Counted from the first letter of the stretch, positions 19,092-29,700 are shown. The stretch is 64,000 bases of DNA from Clostridia bacterium (GCA_028692955.1 JAQUWH010000006.1:8273-72272); one strand, 5' to 3'. Made by a program: numbers and translations. The notes: generated by a model from the sequence alone, not told the origin.

Positions 19092-21140
19092 TTATTTTTT
19101 GTCAGACAAGTAATCCTCTATTACTTTATACATCCAAGCTGCTGAACCAGTATACCACGTCCAACCACCACGTCCAACGTGTTCGGGATTGGTATAAATA
19201 TCTGCAGCAATGACATAAGGTTCTACCATATAAGTATTCGCTTTTTCCTTCGTGTCACTATGAGAAATTGGACTTAACATTTTAAGTATTTCCATACCAT
19301 TGGCATCGTCTTTTAAATCAAAATATGCTTTTGCAAGCCAAGTGGCTGCATGTGTATATTGGCCACCATTTTCTCTAGTTCCAGGAACATACGCTTTAAT
19401 ATAACCAGGATTATTTTTAGGATTGTTAAAAGAAGGGTATAATAAACGAATAATTCCATGTTCTTTATCCACTAAATATTTATCTGCCGTTTTCATACAT
19501 TCCTTTAACTCTTCTTGCATATCAGTGTCATTTTTCATAGATATAACAGCCCAAGTTTGTGAAATCAAATCCACCTTACATTCATTGTTACTATACGAAC
19601 CAAGCACGTCTCCATTTTCAAAAAATGCTCTGACAAAATGGTCTTTATCCCAAGTATGTTCAACAATACTATGTTTTAACAAATGTCTTTGTTTTTCACA
19701 TGTTTTAACCATTTCTTCATCATTTTTAATCTTGGCCACTTTTGAAAATTTATCTAAAATATTCATCATAAACAGTGTAAGCCAAACAGATTGACCTCGT
19801 ATATTACTAAAGCCATCATTCCAGTCTCCATCACCTATATCTAGCAATCCATTTTTCAAACTTGTTCTAGATAGTCCATACAAAATAGCACGTTTAGCAT
19901 GTTCATATACTGTAGCTTTTTCCTCAGAATAGGAATAAATATCATATAACTCTCTTTTATCTCCCATTGCTTTATCTTCTAGGAAATTTGTTTCTACATC
20001 GAGTATTGAAATATCTTGTGTTTTATCAATATATTCACATAGCACATATGCAAGCCATAAATAGTCATCACTAAAGTAGGTCCTAATACCTGCATTATTG
20101 TGTTCATGCCACCAATGCAGTACATCACCTTTTTCAAACTGTTTACTAGCATGCAAAATAATTTGTGATCTGGTTTTTTCTGGCCATGAAGAAATGAGAG
20201 CAAGAGTATCTTGCAGTTGATCTCTATACCCAATTGCTCCACCAGATTGATAAAATCCAGACCTTGCATATAACCTACATACAATGGTCTGATATAATAG
20301 CCAACCATTTGCCATAATGTTTAGGTACTTATCTTCTAATTTAAAGTTTCTTACTACTTTACTTCTCCAGTACTCTATCATTTTGCTATATTCTTCTTGC
20401 ACAATATTTCCATTGCTATATTTTTCATAGATCTTTTTTGCATAAGCGTCTCCCGAGTCAGAGGCTCCTAGTATAATAGAAAACTCTTTCTTTTCACCGA
20501 CTTTTAGATGAGTAGTCACTTCTATCAAATATTCTTCTGTATTAAAATTAATATCAATATTTTCATGATTGGTTACTACAGTACAAAAAGCAGAGCAATT
20601 AGAAAAATCAATGATATATGGATTTTTAAAGTATAACGCATTCTGATCTTTTTTGCACAAAATATATTGCTGATTTGCCTCTTTAGCAACACCTAAAACA
20701 GGATCAATTTGATAAGTTATCGTAACATCTCTATCGTCTCCATAATTGTTTTCAAGTACGATATTTTGAATTTTTATCGTATCTTCTGTTGGAACAAAGA
20801 TTGTCATTGTTTTATCTAAAAATTCATCACTCTCTAGTACTTTAACATAACCAAAGCCATATACTAGGTTGTAATGATTTTCAAAAATACCAGTAAACTT
20901 TTCACCAGGTTCAAAAGTAATCCAATCATTGCACCAATTAGTCAGTTTAAATCCCTGTGAATTTTTGTAATAGGAATAAACAGTACCATAGCTAGAGATG
21001 ATAGTGCCAAATTTTTCATTTGCCATAACATTACACCAAGGAAGAGGCGTTTTTGTGTTTAAAATATGATATTCATCACCTTGTTCATTAAATCCACCAT
21101 ATGAATTAAAGGCAACATAGTCTAAATATTTATTTAACAT
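19092..21140 (-). CDS. GH94-type glucan phosphorylase module (C-terminal part of cyclic beta-1,2-glucan synthase, encoded separately)
   Basis: 682 aa. The N-terminus resembles that of cellobiose/chitobiose phosphorylases (EYHILNTKTPLPWCNV). Catalytic-region motifs GYRDQLQD and GDGDWNDG are present. Confidence 0.8.
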   Translation of the reverse strand: MLNKYLDYVAFNSYGGFNEQGDEYHILNTKTPLPWCNVMANEKFGTIISSYGTVYSYYKNSQGFKLTNWCNDWITFEPGEKFTGIFENHYNLVYGFGYVKVLESDEFLDKTMTIFVPTEDTIKIQNIVLENNYGDDRDVTITYQIDPVLGVAKEANQQYILCKKDQNALYFKNPYIIDFSNCSAFCTVVTNHENIDINFNTEEYLIEVTTHLKVGEKKEFSIILGASDSGDAYAKKIYEKYSNGNIVQEEYSKMIEYWRSKVVRNFKLEDKYLNIMANGWLLYQTIVCRLYARSGFYQSGGAIGYRDQLQDTLALISSWPEKTRSQIILHASKQFEKGDVLHWWHEHNNAGIRTYFSDDYLWLAYVLCEYIDKTQDISILDVETNFLEDKAMGDKRELYDIYSYSEEKATVYEHAKRAILYGLSRTSLKNGLLDIGDGDWNDGFSNIRGQSVWLTLFMMNILDKFSKVAKIKNDEEMVKTCEKQRHLLKHSIVEHTWDKDHFVRAFFENGDVLGSYSNNECKVDLISQTWAVISMKNDTDMQEELKECMKTADKYLVDKEHGIIRLLYPSFNNPKNNPGYIKAYVPGTRENGGQYTHAATWLAKAYFDLKDDANGMEILKMLSPISHSDTKEKANTYMVEPYVIAADIYTNPEHVGRGGWTWYTGSAAWMYKVIEDYLSDKK

Positions 21141-24100
21141 TTAAGCGTCCTCCCCCTCAATAAATTCATTTTCTTTTTTCTTTACTAGTTCTATTGCTGT
21201 ATCTTCGTCATCACTGACACATAAAAACTCATTGACGTTTTGAATATATCTCTTTGATAGAAATGAAAGTAAAGTAATTTCTTGTTTTGTTAAGTTTTTA
21301 ACATTTAATACATAGATATTACCTTTTGTATAGTCCATATAGACAGCTCTATCGATTCTAGATTTTACGTAGGTGTATACTGGTCCATATTCCTTTTGCG
21401 TTTCATCGATTAATATCACAATATCAAGTTCCACTTTTCTATTTTTAACATAATCCATAAAACTAATTACCTCATTGATAATACCAGCATCTTCTATTTT
21501 ATTGACATAAACTAGTATAATTGGTAAGTCACCAGAGATAGAATATTTCCAAAGTAAGGACTGTGAAAGTGATTCATCCCAATACTTTTCATCATTGTGT
21601 GTATTCTTTGTAAATAACACATCTTTTACGATATTATTATATACTTCCGCCCTAGATGGTTCTAATTTTAAATATCTAGCATCAACACTATTCATTTCAT
21701 TAGACAATCTAAACTGTCTCTCAATTTCTAGTTTATCTAAATTAACAATGGTATTAGAAATCTTGTATTTTGTATCAGCCACACCAACAATATAATAAAA
21801 ATCCTGTCTTTCATAAGGGTCTAATATAATCGCTGCACGATAAGATAACATAGGCCATAATGGGTATCTTACTATATTTCCATCATATGCACTCAAATCA
21901 TTTTTAGCAATTTTTGATTTCTCAGTTTCAATATCTTTTTCTAAGTCAATACCAATTAATTTAGAATAAACAAAAATATCTTCATCATTTTCATTTTTCT
22001 TTCTCTTACTTGCAATCATAACATCTAGCTCTTCATCATAGTAGGTTTCGATTTGTAAGTTACTAAACGCAGGATGAACAACATTTGTCATAAAGTCAGT
22101 CATCGCTGGTTCGATATATGTATTTATACGTATATCTCTTCTTATATTGCTATTGTTATATACACTAACCCTCTTTATCTCTATATTATATTCTGGTGAT
22201 AAAGATATTACAGACGTAATCTCGAGATTTTGACCTTCTATATAACATTCAACGCTATTTAAATTACTAATCCAATTACACCTTGTAATATTTTTACTGT
22301 TTGGACTATAGATATTGCAATTAGTTACATCAAATGCTTCTCCAGTTACTGTATCTGTTAAATATATATAATTTCCACTGTTTAATACATCAGTATATCT
22401 TTGACGATTTACTATTTTATCTTTGTATCGTAAATAATCAGCACCAGTATTAGTAATCATAGTAGAAAGCTCAGCGCCTTTTAAAAATGCAATATTAGTA
22501 TCATGAGGAGTCTCATCATTTAGTGTTTCTCTATCTGCATAATTACAACCAACATATGTAGTATACATTTGTATATTTTTTTGTTTAAATTTACTTTCTT
22601 TATCTTTGATTCCTTTTTTTATATTTACTTGTATTCTTTCTCTTTCTTTTAATAAAATCTCTGTTGCTTTTATATCAGGGCTATTATGAAATCTTCTTTG
22701 AATAATACCTTTATTAATATAGTTATTGATTGCAGAAAGTATCATTCCCTGGTGATGAGCCATATACGTTTTAACGATTTCAAAATCTGCTTCAGAGCTA
22801 ATATGTTGCTTTGTATAATCTATTGCTTCATAAAAGCCATAAGAAGAATACATACCAGCATTCTTTAGTAATTTAATATTTTTGTATACTCTTTCTGGAT
22901 CAAATTCAATCATTAATAGTGATGAATAAGGTGAAGTAACTAAATAGTCATTCAAGCCTCTTTTTAAGCCAAGCCATGGAATACCAAAAGCTTGATATTG
23001 ATAGTTTAATTCATTATCTTTTCTTGCAAAAGCAGATTCTGATATTCCCCAAGGGACATCATTTCCTTTTGCATATTTTATCTGGCTATATTCACAGAAA
23101 AATAATGATTGATCTATTAGTGTATGTTCATATGATTTATTAAATATATATGGCATAAAGTACTCAAATGCTGTACCAGTCCAAGATATAAGTCCCTTGT
23201 AGCCATCTGCTTTTACCATATTTCTAGCAAGCGCAAACCAATGTTTAGAAGTTACTTGCCTAGAAGCGATTGCAATTAAACTTGTAATTCTACTTTCAGA
23301 CATTAACATATCATAATAGCTATCAATTAATTTACCTGACTCTTGATCAAAACCAATAGTAAATAAGTTCCTAGAAGTATCATAAAGTGCTTTAAAATCT
23401 GTATTTACAATTAATTCATTAGTATACTCTAGTAAAGCATCAAGTCTTTTATCATATTGAATGGTTTCTTTTTTTCCATAATCCTTAGAACCCATCATTT
23501 CCTTAAAAAATTCTTTTGCAACATATAGACAGGCAACAAAATTACCGCTATCTACAGTTGATATAAATCTTGGTCTAATTGGCAATAATGTTTTGATGTT
23601 GTACCAATTATATAAATGACCATTCCATTTTTCAAGTTTATCAATTGTAGAATATGTATTACAAATTTTGTCAATTGCCTCCGCTAAAGAAATGAATCCT
23701 AAATCATAAGCATTAATAATAGAAAGTATTCCAAACCCAATATTAGTTGAAGACGTTCTATTTGCAATTTTGTATCTTCTGTTTTCTTGATAGTTATCAG
23801 TAGGCAAATAATTATTAGTAGCGTTCATCATTGTATCAAAGAAAAACCAAGTTCTTTTTGCAACATCTAGTACTTCTGCATCTTGTTTCTTATCTAAACG
23901 TTTCTTTCTTCCTACCAAATGGTCTTTGCCAAGTAAATAAGCAAGTATTGGTGAAATCACAAAGCAAAGTGCAATATATATATTAAAATTCATTGTAAAT
24001 ACATTCATTGTTTGAAAGAATGATATAGAAATCAACGCAATAGCAAAAATTACGCTAGGTAACATATTATATAAATAATATTGTATATTATTTTTTGAAT

Positions 24101-26735
24101 TCTTTTCCAGTACTTCACCAGTTGTCCATTCTAGTAAATGTTTCTTTGAAAAAATCATCCTATAAATAGATAAGCAAAATGCTGAAATACAAATCCATGC
24201 TCTATATGGCATTGTGACAAAGTTAAAGGACATTGTTAGTAAATCGGCTGAAATACCATGTATGATTGGTATATATTGTAATTCTTTAGAATGTCTCATT
24301 TTTCCATATAATATAGTATCAATAATGGATAACAAATGACCAAAGTTAATACTTAAAAATGTAACAAGACATGTTCCTACAAAGATATTTGGATCAATAC
24401 AAAGACTAGCGAGTATAGCAATACAACCAAATATATAAATGAATGGTCTTCGTATATTATCAAATATTTTCCATCTAGATAATAAATTAAGATTCGATTT
24501 TAATCCAAATAACCATTTTACAATTTGCATATCTCCACGGTGCCATCTATGATTTCTTTTCATATAAGCAATGTAATTATTTGGAAATCCATCTTGTGCT
24601 TCTATATCCGATGCAAGCCCAGTCCTAATAATAGATCCCTCTAACAAGTCATGTGATAATACTAAATTTTCAGGTATTTGGCTTGAAACTAAATCGTTAA
24701 ACAGTTCTATGTTATAAATACCTTTACCACCAAAAATAGCTTCTCCCATAACATCTTGATATACATTAGAAATAACGTTAGTATAAATATCTAAACCGCC
24801 AAATCCACCAAATATTTTAGAAAATATACTTTTATTGGCTGCTTCAATATCAAGTCCAACAGAAGGTTGTATCAATCCATAACCTTTTTTTACCGTTTTG
24901 CCATTTTTTGAAAGAACTGGTTGGTTTAATGGATGTGCAATAATAGCAACTAAATCTTTTGCAGTATTTAATGATAGTTGTGAATCTTCATCTAATGTAA
25001 TCGCATATTTTGCACTTACAATATCTTCGTGTATTAAGTACATTTTTTTATTAATTTCGTCTTTTGTGTATTTCCCAAGTATTAATTCGTTAAAGTGATG
25101 CAAAGCACCTCTTTTTCTCTCCCATCCCATATAACATTCTTCACACTTAGAATATACACGTTTTCTATACATAAAATTAAATATTTTATGCTCCGATTCA
25201 TATTTGTCATTTAACAAAGCAATTTTTTCTCTTGCATAAGCAACAATTTTATCATCAATATCAATATGTTCTTTATCACTAGAAATACAGTCACCTAGCA
25301 ACATATAATACATATTCTCACTACGGTTAGCAAGATATGTAACTTCCATTTTACGAATCATATCATCTAATTTTTCAATAGAAGATATGATAGTTGGCAT
25401 AACAACATAAGTTGGATATTTAGCATCCACTGTTTTTGCAAAATCAAATCGTGGTAAAATTTTTGCCTTTACTAGTTTTCCTAGTATATAGTTAACAAGT
25501 TTATCTGCAATTTCTAACGAAAAGGAAAATACTGTAACATATGCAATCAAATTGTACCATACGTTATTAAAATCAAGTATGTACTTTGCAAATAATATTG
25601 TCGTTATTATTGCTATTAAGAGTAAAGCCGCTATAAATAGGAATGGTCTTACAGGCACTAGAACTTTATAAATTAAAACATCTGATAAGTAGGCTTTACC
25701 AAGCTCTTTTTTTAATAAATATTTTTCTTCACCAATTAAAAAAAATCCTATATGCTTTTTATATTTAATAGAACATTCTACTGCCTTTTTAGCAACATAT
25801 ACTTCAGAAAGGTTATACTTTTTAGCCAGTTTTATAATATACTGTCTATACCTTGTTTTTGTTTTATAGTCACATTTTTTAAATTCTTTCGTATAATCAT
25901 CTTTTAATGTTTCATCAATTTTATTGACTTTTTCAAAAATTTCTCTAAAATTAATACCTTGTAATTGTTTGTATGACAAAATCGCTCTTCCTATATATTC
26001 AGTTGTCTTAGCAATTTCCATATGTTCTTTAACAATTGCTTCTTCTATCGTAAAACCAATTTTTTCGGCTTCAGAATTTAATATTTTATAATATTTTTCG
26101 CCCCTAGCACCCATTTCTTTTAGTCTATAAGCCATATATTCTACAAAGGCAGTATTGGTACTTTTAATCTTTTTTGGATCTTGCATATATTCTTTAAAGT
26201 TTTTTAAATACCTTAATTCAGTATATAGCTCTTTTGCTAAATTATTGTTATCATATTCAGTTGAAATAATAGCTTCAACATCCATTTTTCTAAGTTGCGA
26301 ATTAGATATATTAAGTGATATTCTAGAAATAAATTTTAACAGTGCAATCTTAATCATTAGCAAAAACATGTCTAATTCTTCAGAAGTTAAATACGATAAT
26401 TTTTGATGTTCTTTTAATGTATGTAAAATTACATTTTGATCAACATAGCCCGTATTCTTATCGACCATTTCACATGCTAAATAATAGATTGCAATATGTT
26501 TAGAATCATCATGAAGTTTAATAGTAGGTAATTTCTTTCTATGCATTCTTCTTGAATCTTCTTTTATTGTGTTATACTCTTGTTCAATGATATACATATT
26601 ATCCAGTAACCATTGTCCAGCTGAGTGAATGGATAATTTTAAATCATAAGATTTTTCTAAAGTTTTATATGTTTTCATAATAATATTATAATATTTATTT
26701 GCCTCTTTAAATAATACATTGATTGAATTTGCCAC
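21141..26735 (-). CDS. Cyclic beta-1,2-glucan synthase large subunit (GT84 glycosyltransferase + TM segments + cyclisation-like domain + GH94 N-domain), Cgs/NdvB/ChvB-like
   Basis: 1864 aa. WERKRGAL, ITLDEDSQL, GYGLIQP, LSHDLLEG and RNHRWHRGDMQ match NdvB/ChvB GT84 blocks. Multiple TM helices flank these blocks. GTG start is uncertain. Confidence 0.8.
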   Translation of the reverse strand: MANSINVLFKEANKYYNIIMKTYKTLEKSYDLKLSIHSAGQWLLDNMYIIEQEYNTIKEDSRRMHRKKLPTIKLHDDSKHIAIYYLACEMVDKNTGYVDQNVILHTLKEHQKLSYLTSEELDMFLLMIKIALLKFISRISLNISNSQLRKMDVEAIISTEYDNNNLAKELYTELRYLKNFKEYMQDPKKIKSTNTAFVEYMAYRLKEMGARGEKYYKILNSEAEKIGFTIEEAIVKEHMEIAKTTEYIGRAILSYKQLQGINFREIFEKVNKIDETLKDDYTKEFKKCDYKTKTRYRQYIIKLAKKYNLSEVYVAKKAVECSIKYKKHIGFFLIGEEKYLLKKELGKAYLSDVLIYKVLVPVRPFLFIAALLLIAIITTILFAKYILDFNNVWYNLIAYVTVFSFSLEIADKLVNYILGKLVKAKILPRFDFAKTVDAKYPTYVVMPTIISSIEKLDDMIRKMEVTYLANRSENMYYMLLGDCISSDKEHIDIDDKIVAYAREKIALLNDKYESEHKIFNFMYRKRVYSKCEECYMGWERKRGALHHFNELILGKYTKDEINKKMYLIHEDIVSAKYAITLDEDSQLSLNTAKDLVAIIAHPLNQPVLSKNGKTVKKGYGLIQPSVGLDIEAANKSIFSKIFGGFGGLDIYTNVISNVYQDVMGEAIFGGKGIYNIELFNDLVSSQIPENLVLSHDLLEGSIIRTGLASDIEAQDGFPNNYIAYMKRNHRWHRGDMQIVKWLFGLKSNLNLLSRWKIFDNIRRPFIYIFGCIAILASLCIDPNIFVGTCLVTFLSINFGHLLSIIDTILYGKMRHSKELQYIPIIHGISADLLTMSFNFVTMPYRAWICISAFCLSIYRMIFSKKHLLEWTTGEVLEKNSKNNIQYYLYNMLPSVIFAIALISISFFQTMNVFTMNFNIYIALCFVISPILAYLLGKDHLVGRKKRLDKKQDAEVLDVAKRTWFFFDTMMNATNNYLPTDNYQENRRYKIANRTSSTNIGFGILSIINAYDLGFISLAEAIDKICNTYSTIDKLEKWNGHLYNWYNIKTLLPIRPRFISTVDSGNFVACLYVAKEFFKEMMGSKDYGKKETIQYDKRLDALLEYTNELIVNTDFKALYDTSRNLFTIGFDQESGKLIDSYYDMLMSESRITSLIAIASRQVTSKHWFALARNMVKADGYKGLISWTGTAFEYFMPYIFNKSYEHTLIDQSLFFCEYSQIKYAKGNDVPWGISESAFARKDNELNYQYQAFGIPWLGLKRGLNDYLVTSPYSSLLMIEFDPERVYKNIKLLKNAGMYSSYGFYEAIDYTKQHISSEADFEIVKTYMAHHQGMILSAINNYINKGIIQRRFHNSPDIKATEILLKERERIQVNIKKGIKDKESKFKQKNIQMYTTYVGCNYADRETLNDETPHDTNIAFLKGAELSTMITNTGADYLRYKDKIVNRQRYTDVLNSGNYIYLTDTVTGEAFDVTNCNIYSPNSKNITRCNWISNLNSVECYIEGQNLEITSVISLSPEYNIEIKRVSVYNNSNIRRDIRINTYIEPAMTDFMTNVVHPAFSNLQIETYYDEELDVMIASKRKKNENDEDIFVYSKLIGIDLEKDIETEKSKIAKNDLSAYDGNIVRYPLWPMLSYRAAIILDPYERQDFYYIVGVADTKYKISNTIVNLDKLEIERQFRLSNEMNSVDARYLKLEPSRAEVYNNIVKDVLFTKNTHNDEKYWDESLSQSLLWKYSISGDLPIILVYVNKIEDAGIINEVISFMDYVKNRKVELDIVILIDETQKEYGPVYTYVKSRIDRAVYMDYTKGNIYVLNVKNLTKQEITLLSFLSKRYIQNVNEFLCVSDDEDTAIELVKKKENEFIEGEDA

Positions 26736-26773
26736 TTAAGTTCATTCCTTTCATATATAGTCTCTTAAATTTG

Positions 26774-26802
26774 ATTATATAATAAAATACGATATTTTGC
26801 AA
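26774..26802 (-). promoter_or_regulatory. Candidate sigma-A promoter of the glucan synthase operon
   Basis: On the minus strand: TTGCAA (26802-26797), 17 nt, TATAAT (26779-26774). Confidence 0.45.
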
Positions 26803-26925
26803 GCAAAAAAGGTAAAAAATAGTTATATGTTAATTAACAGAATATGTCTTAAATTTATATAAATATGGTAAAAATATAATATATATTATTAGCCAAAACA
26901 AATAAAAAATTCAACATATGATAAC

Positions 26926-27150
26926 GGTAAGGAAAAACTATACGTCAAAAACATCAAACTTGCATTTCAAAAGATCCCAATAAACTATTACATGCCTTCA
27001 AAGTATTTCCAATAGTTCTTTTTTTATGTCTAAAAGTCATGATTTTAAAGTATTTTAGACATAGTAAAGGAGATGACTTCAATATCATCTCCTTTACTGC
27101 TCACTCTTATCATTTTTTAGAATTTACACTCCAACTATTGACAAAGAGCC
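26926..27150 (+). mobile_element. ISL3-family IS remnant (3' fragment with right terminal inverted repeat)
   Basis: Shares the segment GGTAAGGAAAAACTATAC and the last ~115 nt with the copy at 47019-47297. Ends in AACTATTGACAAAGAGCC, whose reverse complement GGCTCTTTGTCAATAGTT is typical of ISL3 IRs. No intact ORF. Confidence 0.65.
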
Positions 27151-27186
27151 TGTTTTATCTTCAAATTTAAATATATCTTTATAGTA

Positions 27187-28995
27187 TTATTTGTTTGTTC
27201 TATATCTTTGTGTTGGATCTAATATCTTTTTTCTAAGTCTTATATTATCAGGAGTTATTTCAACAAGCTCATCATCAGATATAAATTCTATTGATTGTTC
27301 CAAAGATAAATTCCTTGGTGGAACAAGTTTTAATGCATCATCACTACCAGATGCTCTTGTATTTGTTAGATGTTTTTCTTTGCATACGTTAATTGTAAGA
27401 TCATCACTTCTAGAGTTTTCACCAACTATCATACCAGCGTACACTTGGGCCCCAGGACTAATAAATAGTGTTGTTCTTTCTTGAGCTTGGAATAGACCAT
27501 AACCAGTAGCTTTACCAGTTTCAAATGCAATAACGGTTCCTCTTGTTCTTGTTACTAATTCACCCTTATCTTTTTCATAACCTGCAAAGGTATGATTCAT
27601 GATGCCATTTCCTTTTGTATCAGTCATGAATTCACCTCTATAGCCAATAAGTCCACGTGCAGGTATTTTAAACTCAAGTCTTGTAAATCCAGCTTGTGAG
27701 CTAGATGGTGTCATGTTAGTCATTTCACCTTTTCTTTGACCAATTTTTTCTATAACAGAGCCAACAAATTCATCTGGTACATCAATGGTAAGATTTTCTA
27801 TTGGTTCACATTTTTCCCCATCAATTGTTTTGTAGATAACTGTTGGACGTGAAACTAATAGTTCAAAGCCCTCTCTTCTCATATTTTCAATTAGAATAGA
27901 TAAATGTAATTCTCCTCTGCCAGAAACTTTAAAAGCATCCGCTGTATCAGTATCTTCAACACGTAACGATACATTCGTTTCTAATTCTTTATATAATCTA
28001 TCTCTAATATGTCTAGAAGTAATTAATTTACCTTCTTTACCCGCAAAAGGTCCGTTATTAACACTAAATGTCATAGATACAGTAGGCTCGTCAATATCAA
28101 CAAATTCAACTGCTTCAGGAGATTGTACATCAGCAATTGTTTCGCCAATTTCTATTCCTTCTACACCATTTACTGCAACAATATCACCGCAGTATGCTTC
28201 TTCTGATTCTACTCTTTTTAATCCAGAATAAGTAAATAGTTTCCCTATTTTTATATTTTGAATAGAACCATCTTTCTTACATAAAGCTACTTGTTCACCG
28301 TTCTTAATCGTTCCTCTTGTAATTCTACCAATACCAACTCTACCAGTATATTCATCGGCATCAATGTTAGTAACTAGTAATTGTAATGGTTCATCCTTAT
28401 CACCAGCAGGCTCTGGTATTGTATCTAGAATAGTTTCAAATAATGGTTGCATATTGTTACTTTCTTCATCTAATGTAAGTTTTGCAAATCCATTCTTACC
28501 AGATGCGTATACTACTTTAAAGTCAAGTTGTTCATCACTGGCATCTAAATCCATGAACAGTTCTAAAACTTCATCTACTACTTCTTGTGGTCTTGCACCA
28601 GGTCTATCTATTTTATTAATTACAACGATTGGTACCAAATCAAGTGCTAATGCTTTACTAAGCACAAATCTTGTTTGTGGCATTGGTCCGTCAAATGAGT
28701 CGACAACTAAAATAACGCCATCAACCATTTTAAGTACACGTTCTACTTCTCCGCCAAAATCAGCATGCCCAGGCGTATCAACAATATTAATTTTTGTATC
28801 TTTATACATAATCGCTGTATTTTTAGATAATATTGTGATACCTCTTTCTTTTTCAATATCATTTGAATCCATAACACGTTCTGCAACTTGTTCATTATCC
28901 CTAAATGTACCACTTTGTCTTAAAAGTGCATCCACTAAAGTTGTTTTACCATGATCAACGTGAGCTATTATGGCAACATTTCTTAAATTTTTCAT
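27187..28995 (-). CDS. typA: Translational GTPase TypA/BipA
   Basis: Start at MKNLRNVAIIAHVDHGKTT, after an AGGGGA RBS. G-domain motifs DTPGHADF and NKID. Confidence 0.95.
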   Translation of the reverse strand: MKNLRNVAIIAHVDHGKTTLVDALLRQSGTFRDNEQVAERVMDSNDIEKERGITILSKNTAIMYKDTKINIVDTPGHADFGGEVERVLKMVDGVILVVDSFDGPMPQTRFVLSKALALDLVPIVVINKIDRPGARPQEVVDEVLELFMDLDASDEQLDFKVVYASGKNGFAKLTLDEESNNMQPLFETILDTIPEPAGDKDEPLQLLVTNIDADEYTGRVGIGRITRGTIKNGEQVALCKKDGSIQNIKIGKLFTYSGLKRVESEEAYCGDIVAVNGVEGIEIGETIADVQSPEAVEFVDIDEPTVSMTFSVNNGPFAGKEGKLITSRHIRDRLYKELETNVSLRVEDTDTADAFKVSGRGELHLSILIENMRREGFELLVSRPTVIYKTIDGEKCEPIENLTIDVPDEFVGSVIEKIGQRKGEMTNMTPSSSQAGFTRLEFKIPARGLIGYRGEFMTDTKGNGIMNHTFAGYEKDKGELVTRTRGTVIAFETGKATGYGLFQAQERTTLFISPGAQVYAGMIVGENSRSDDLTINVCKEKHLTNTRASGSDDALKLVPPRNLSLEQSIEFISDDELVEITPDNIRLRKKILDPTQRYRTNK

Positions 28996-29171
28996 TAAAA
29001 TTCCCCTTTTCAAAAATATAAAGTTTTTTCCTTACGTTATGATATTAAGCAAAATATGTCTAAAAAACACATAACTTAATATACGTGACCTATATATTAT
29101 ATATTATGTGACGTAAAATGTCAATAAATTAACATAAATTCTCTAAATATATTTTTAGGGCATCTTTGCAT

Positions 29172-29210
29172 AAAAAAAAGAACGCATTATAATTAATACG
29201 TTCTTTTTTT
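29172..29210. terminator. Bidirectional intrinsic terminator
   Basis: AAAAAAAAGAACG, a loop, then CGTTCTTTTTTT, with A-run and T-run flanks. It lies downstream of the 131-aa gene. Confidence 0.65.
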
Positions 29211-29227
29211 ATGTTACAGTTATTGTT

Positions 29228-29623
29228 TTAACTTAAAAGCAACATCGAAATTCTTATTTCTATTTTTGGGAGCTCTTTGTTAACCCTTCGATCAACAAAA
29301 AATTTAAGTTCACTGCAAGTCATTTCCGGCAACGAAAAGACAAGTTTGTTTTCGCCAGTTTTCAAATCGCATATTACAGGTACTTTATTAGTACCTACAA
29401 ATTCGATTTTAATCCGCACTGGGTTAGTCACAGTAATCATTGCGTCCACACTATTGTTCGCTGACAAAACAGCATCTATGCCATTTCTAATTGCCATACC
29501 ATACCCTGCTGCCTGTTCCTCCGGAAAGTCAATCACCATACGGCTATTGATAGGACACACCTCACCAAAATCTGCATTTCCCCCAAAAGAGAAACCGAAA
29601 AAAGTTTCAACACAAATACTCAT
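29228..29623 (-). CDS. Hypothetical protein, 131 aa, G+C-rich orphan
   Basis: AGGAGG lies 7 nt upstream of ATG and a consensus promoter is upstream. One 60-nt stretch hand-counts to 27/60 G+C. No family recognised. Confidence 0.6.
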   Translation of the reverse strand: MSICVETFFGFSFGGNADFGEVCPINSRMVIDFPEEQAAGYGMAIRNGIDAVLSANNSVDAMITVTNPVRIKIEFVGTNKVPVICDLKTGENKLVFSLPEMTCSELKFFVDRRVNKELPKIEIRISMLLLS

Positions 29624-29671
29624 AATACAACCTCCTAATTATAATTGGAATTCATATATTTGCTATGAAGT

Positions 29672-29700
29672 ATTATATCACAAACTAAAAGTTATGTCAA
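29672..29700 (-). promoter_or_regulatory. Consensus promoter of the 131-aa orphan gene
   Basis: On the minus strand: TTGACA (29700-29695), 17 nt, TATAAT (29677-29672). Confidence 0.55.

Noticed and set aside
21138-21143. The glucan synthase split as a sequencing frameshift or pseudogene
   Set aside because: The junction is a clean TAA directly followed by ATG, with a strong embedded Shine-Dalgarno. The break is at a domain boundary and both ORFs are long and intact. Resequencing is still suggested.
28364-28954. 196-aa plus-strand ORF, and similar long antisense ORFs at 14882-15256, 55127-55552, 50255-50662, 45080-45481 and 45679-46026
   Set aside because: Each lies fully antisense to a well-supported gene (typA, tig, the ABC permease, nrdD, srtB, the surface protein). 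They are Ser/Leu/Ile-rich and low-complexity and have no RBS, which is typical of shadow ORFs in AT-rich DNA.
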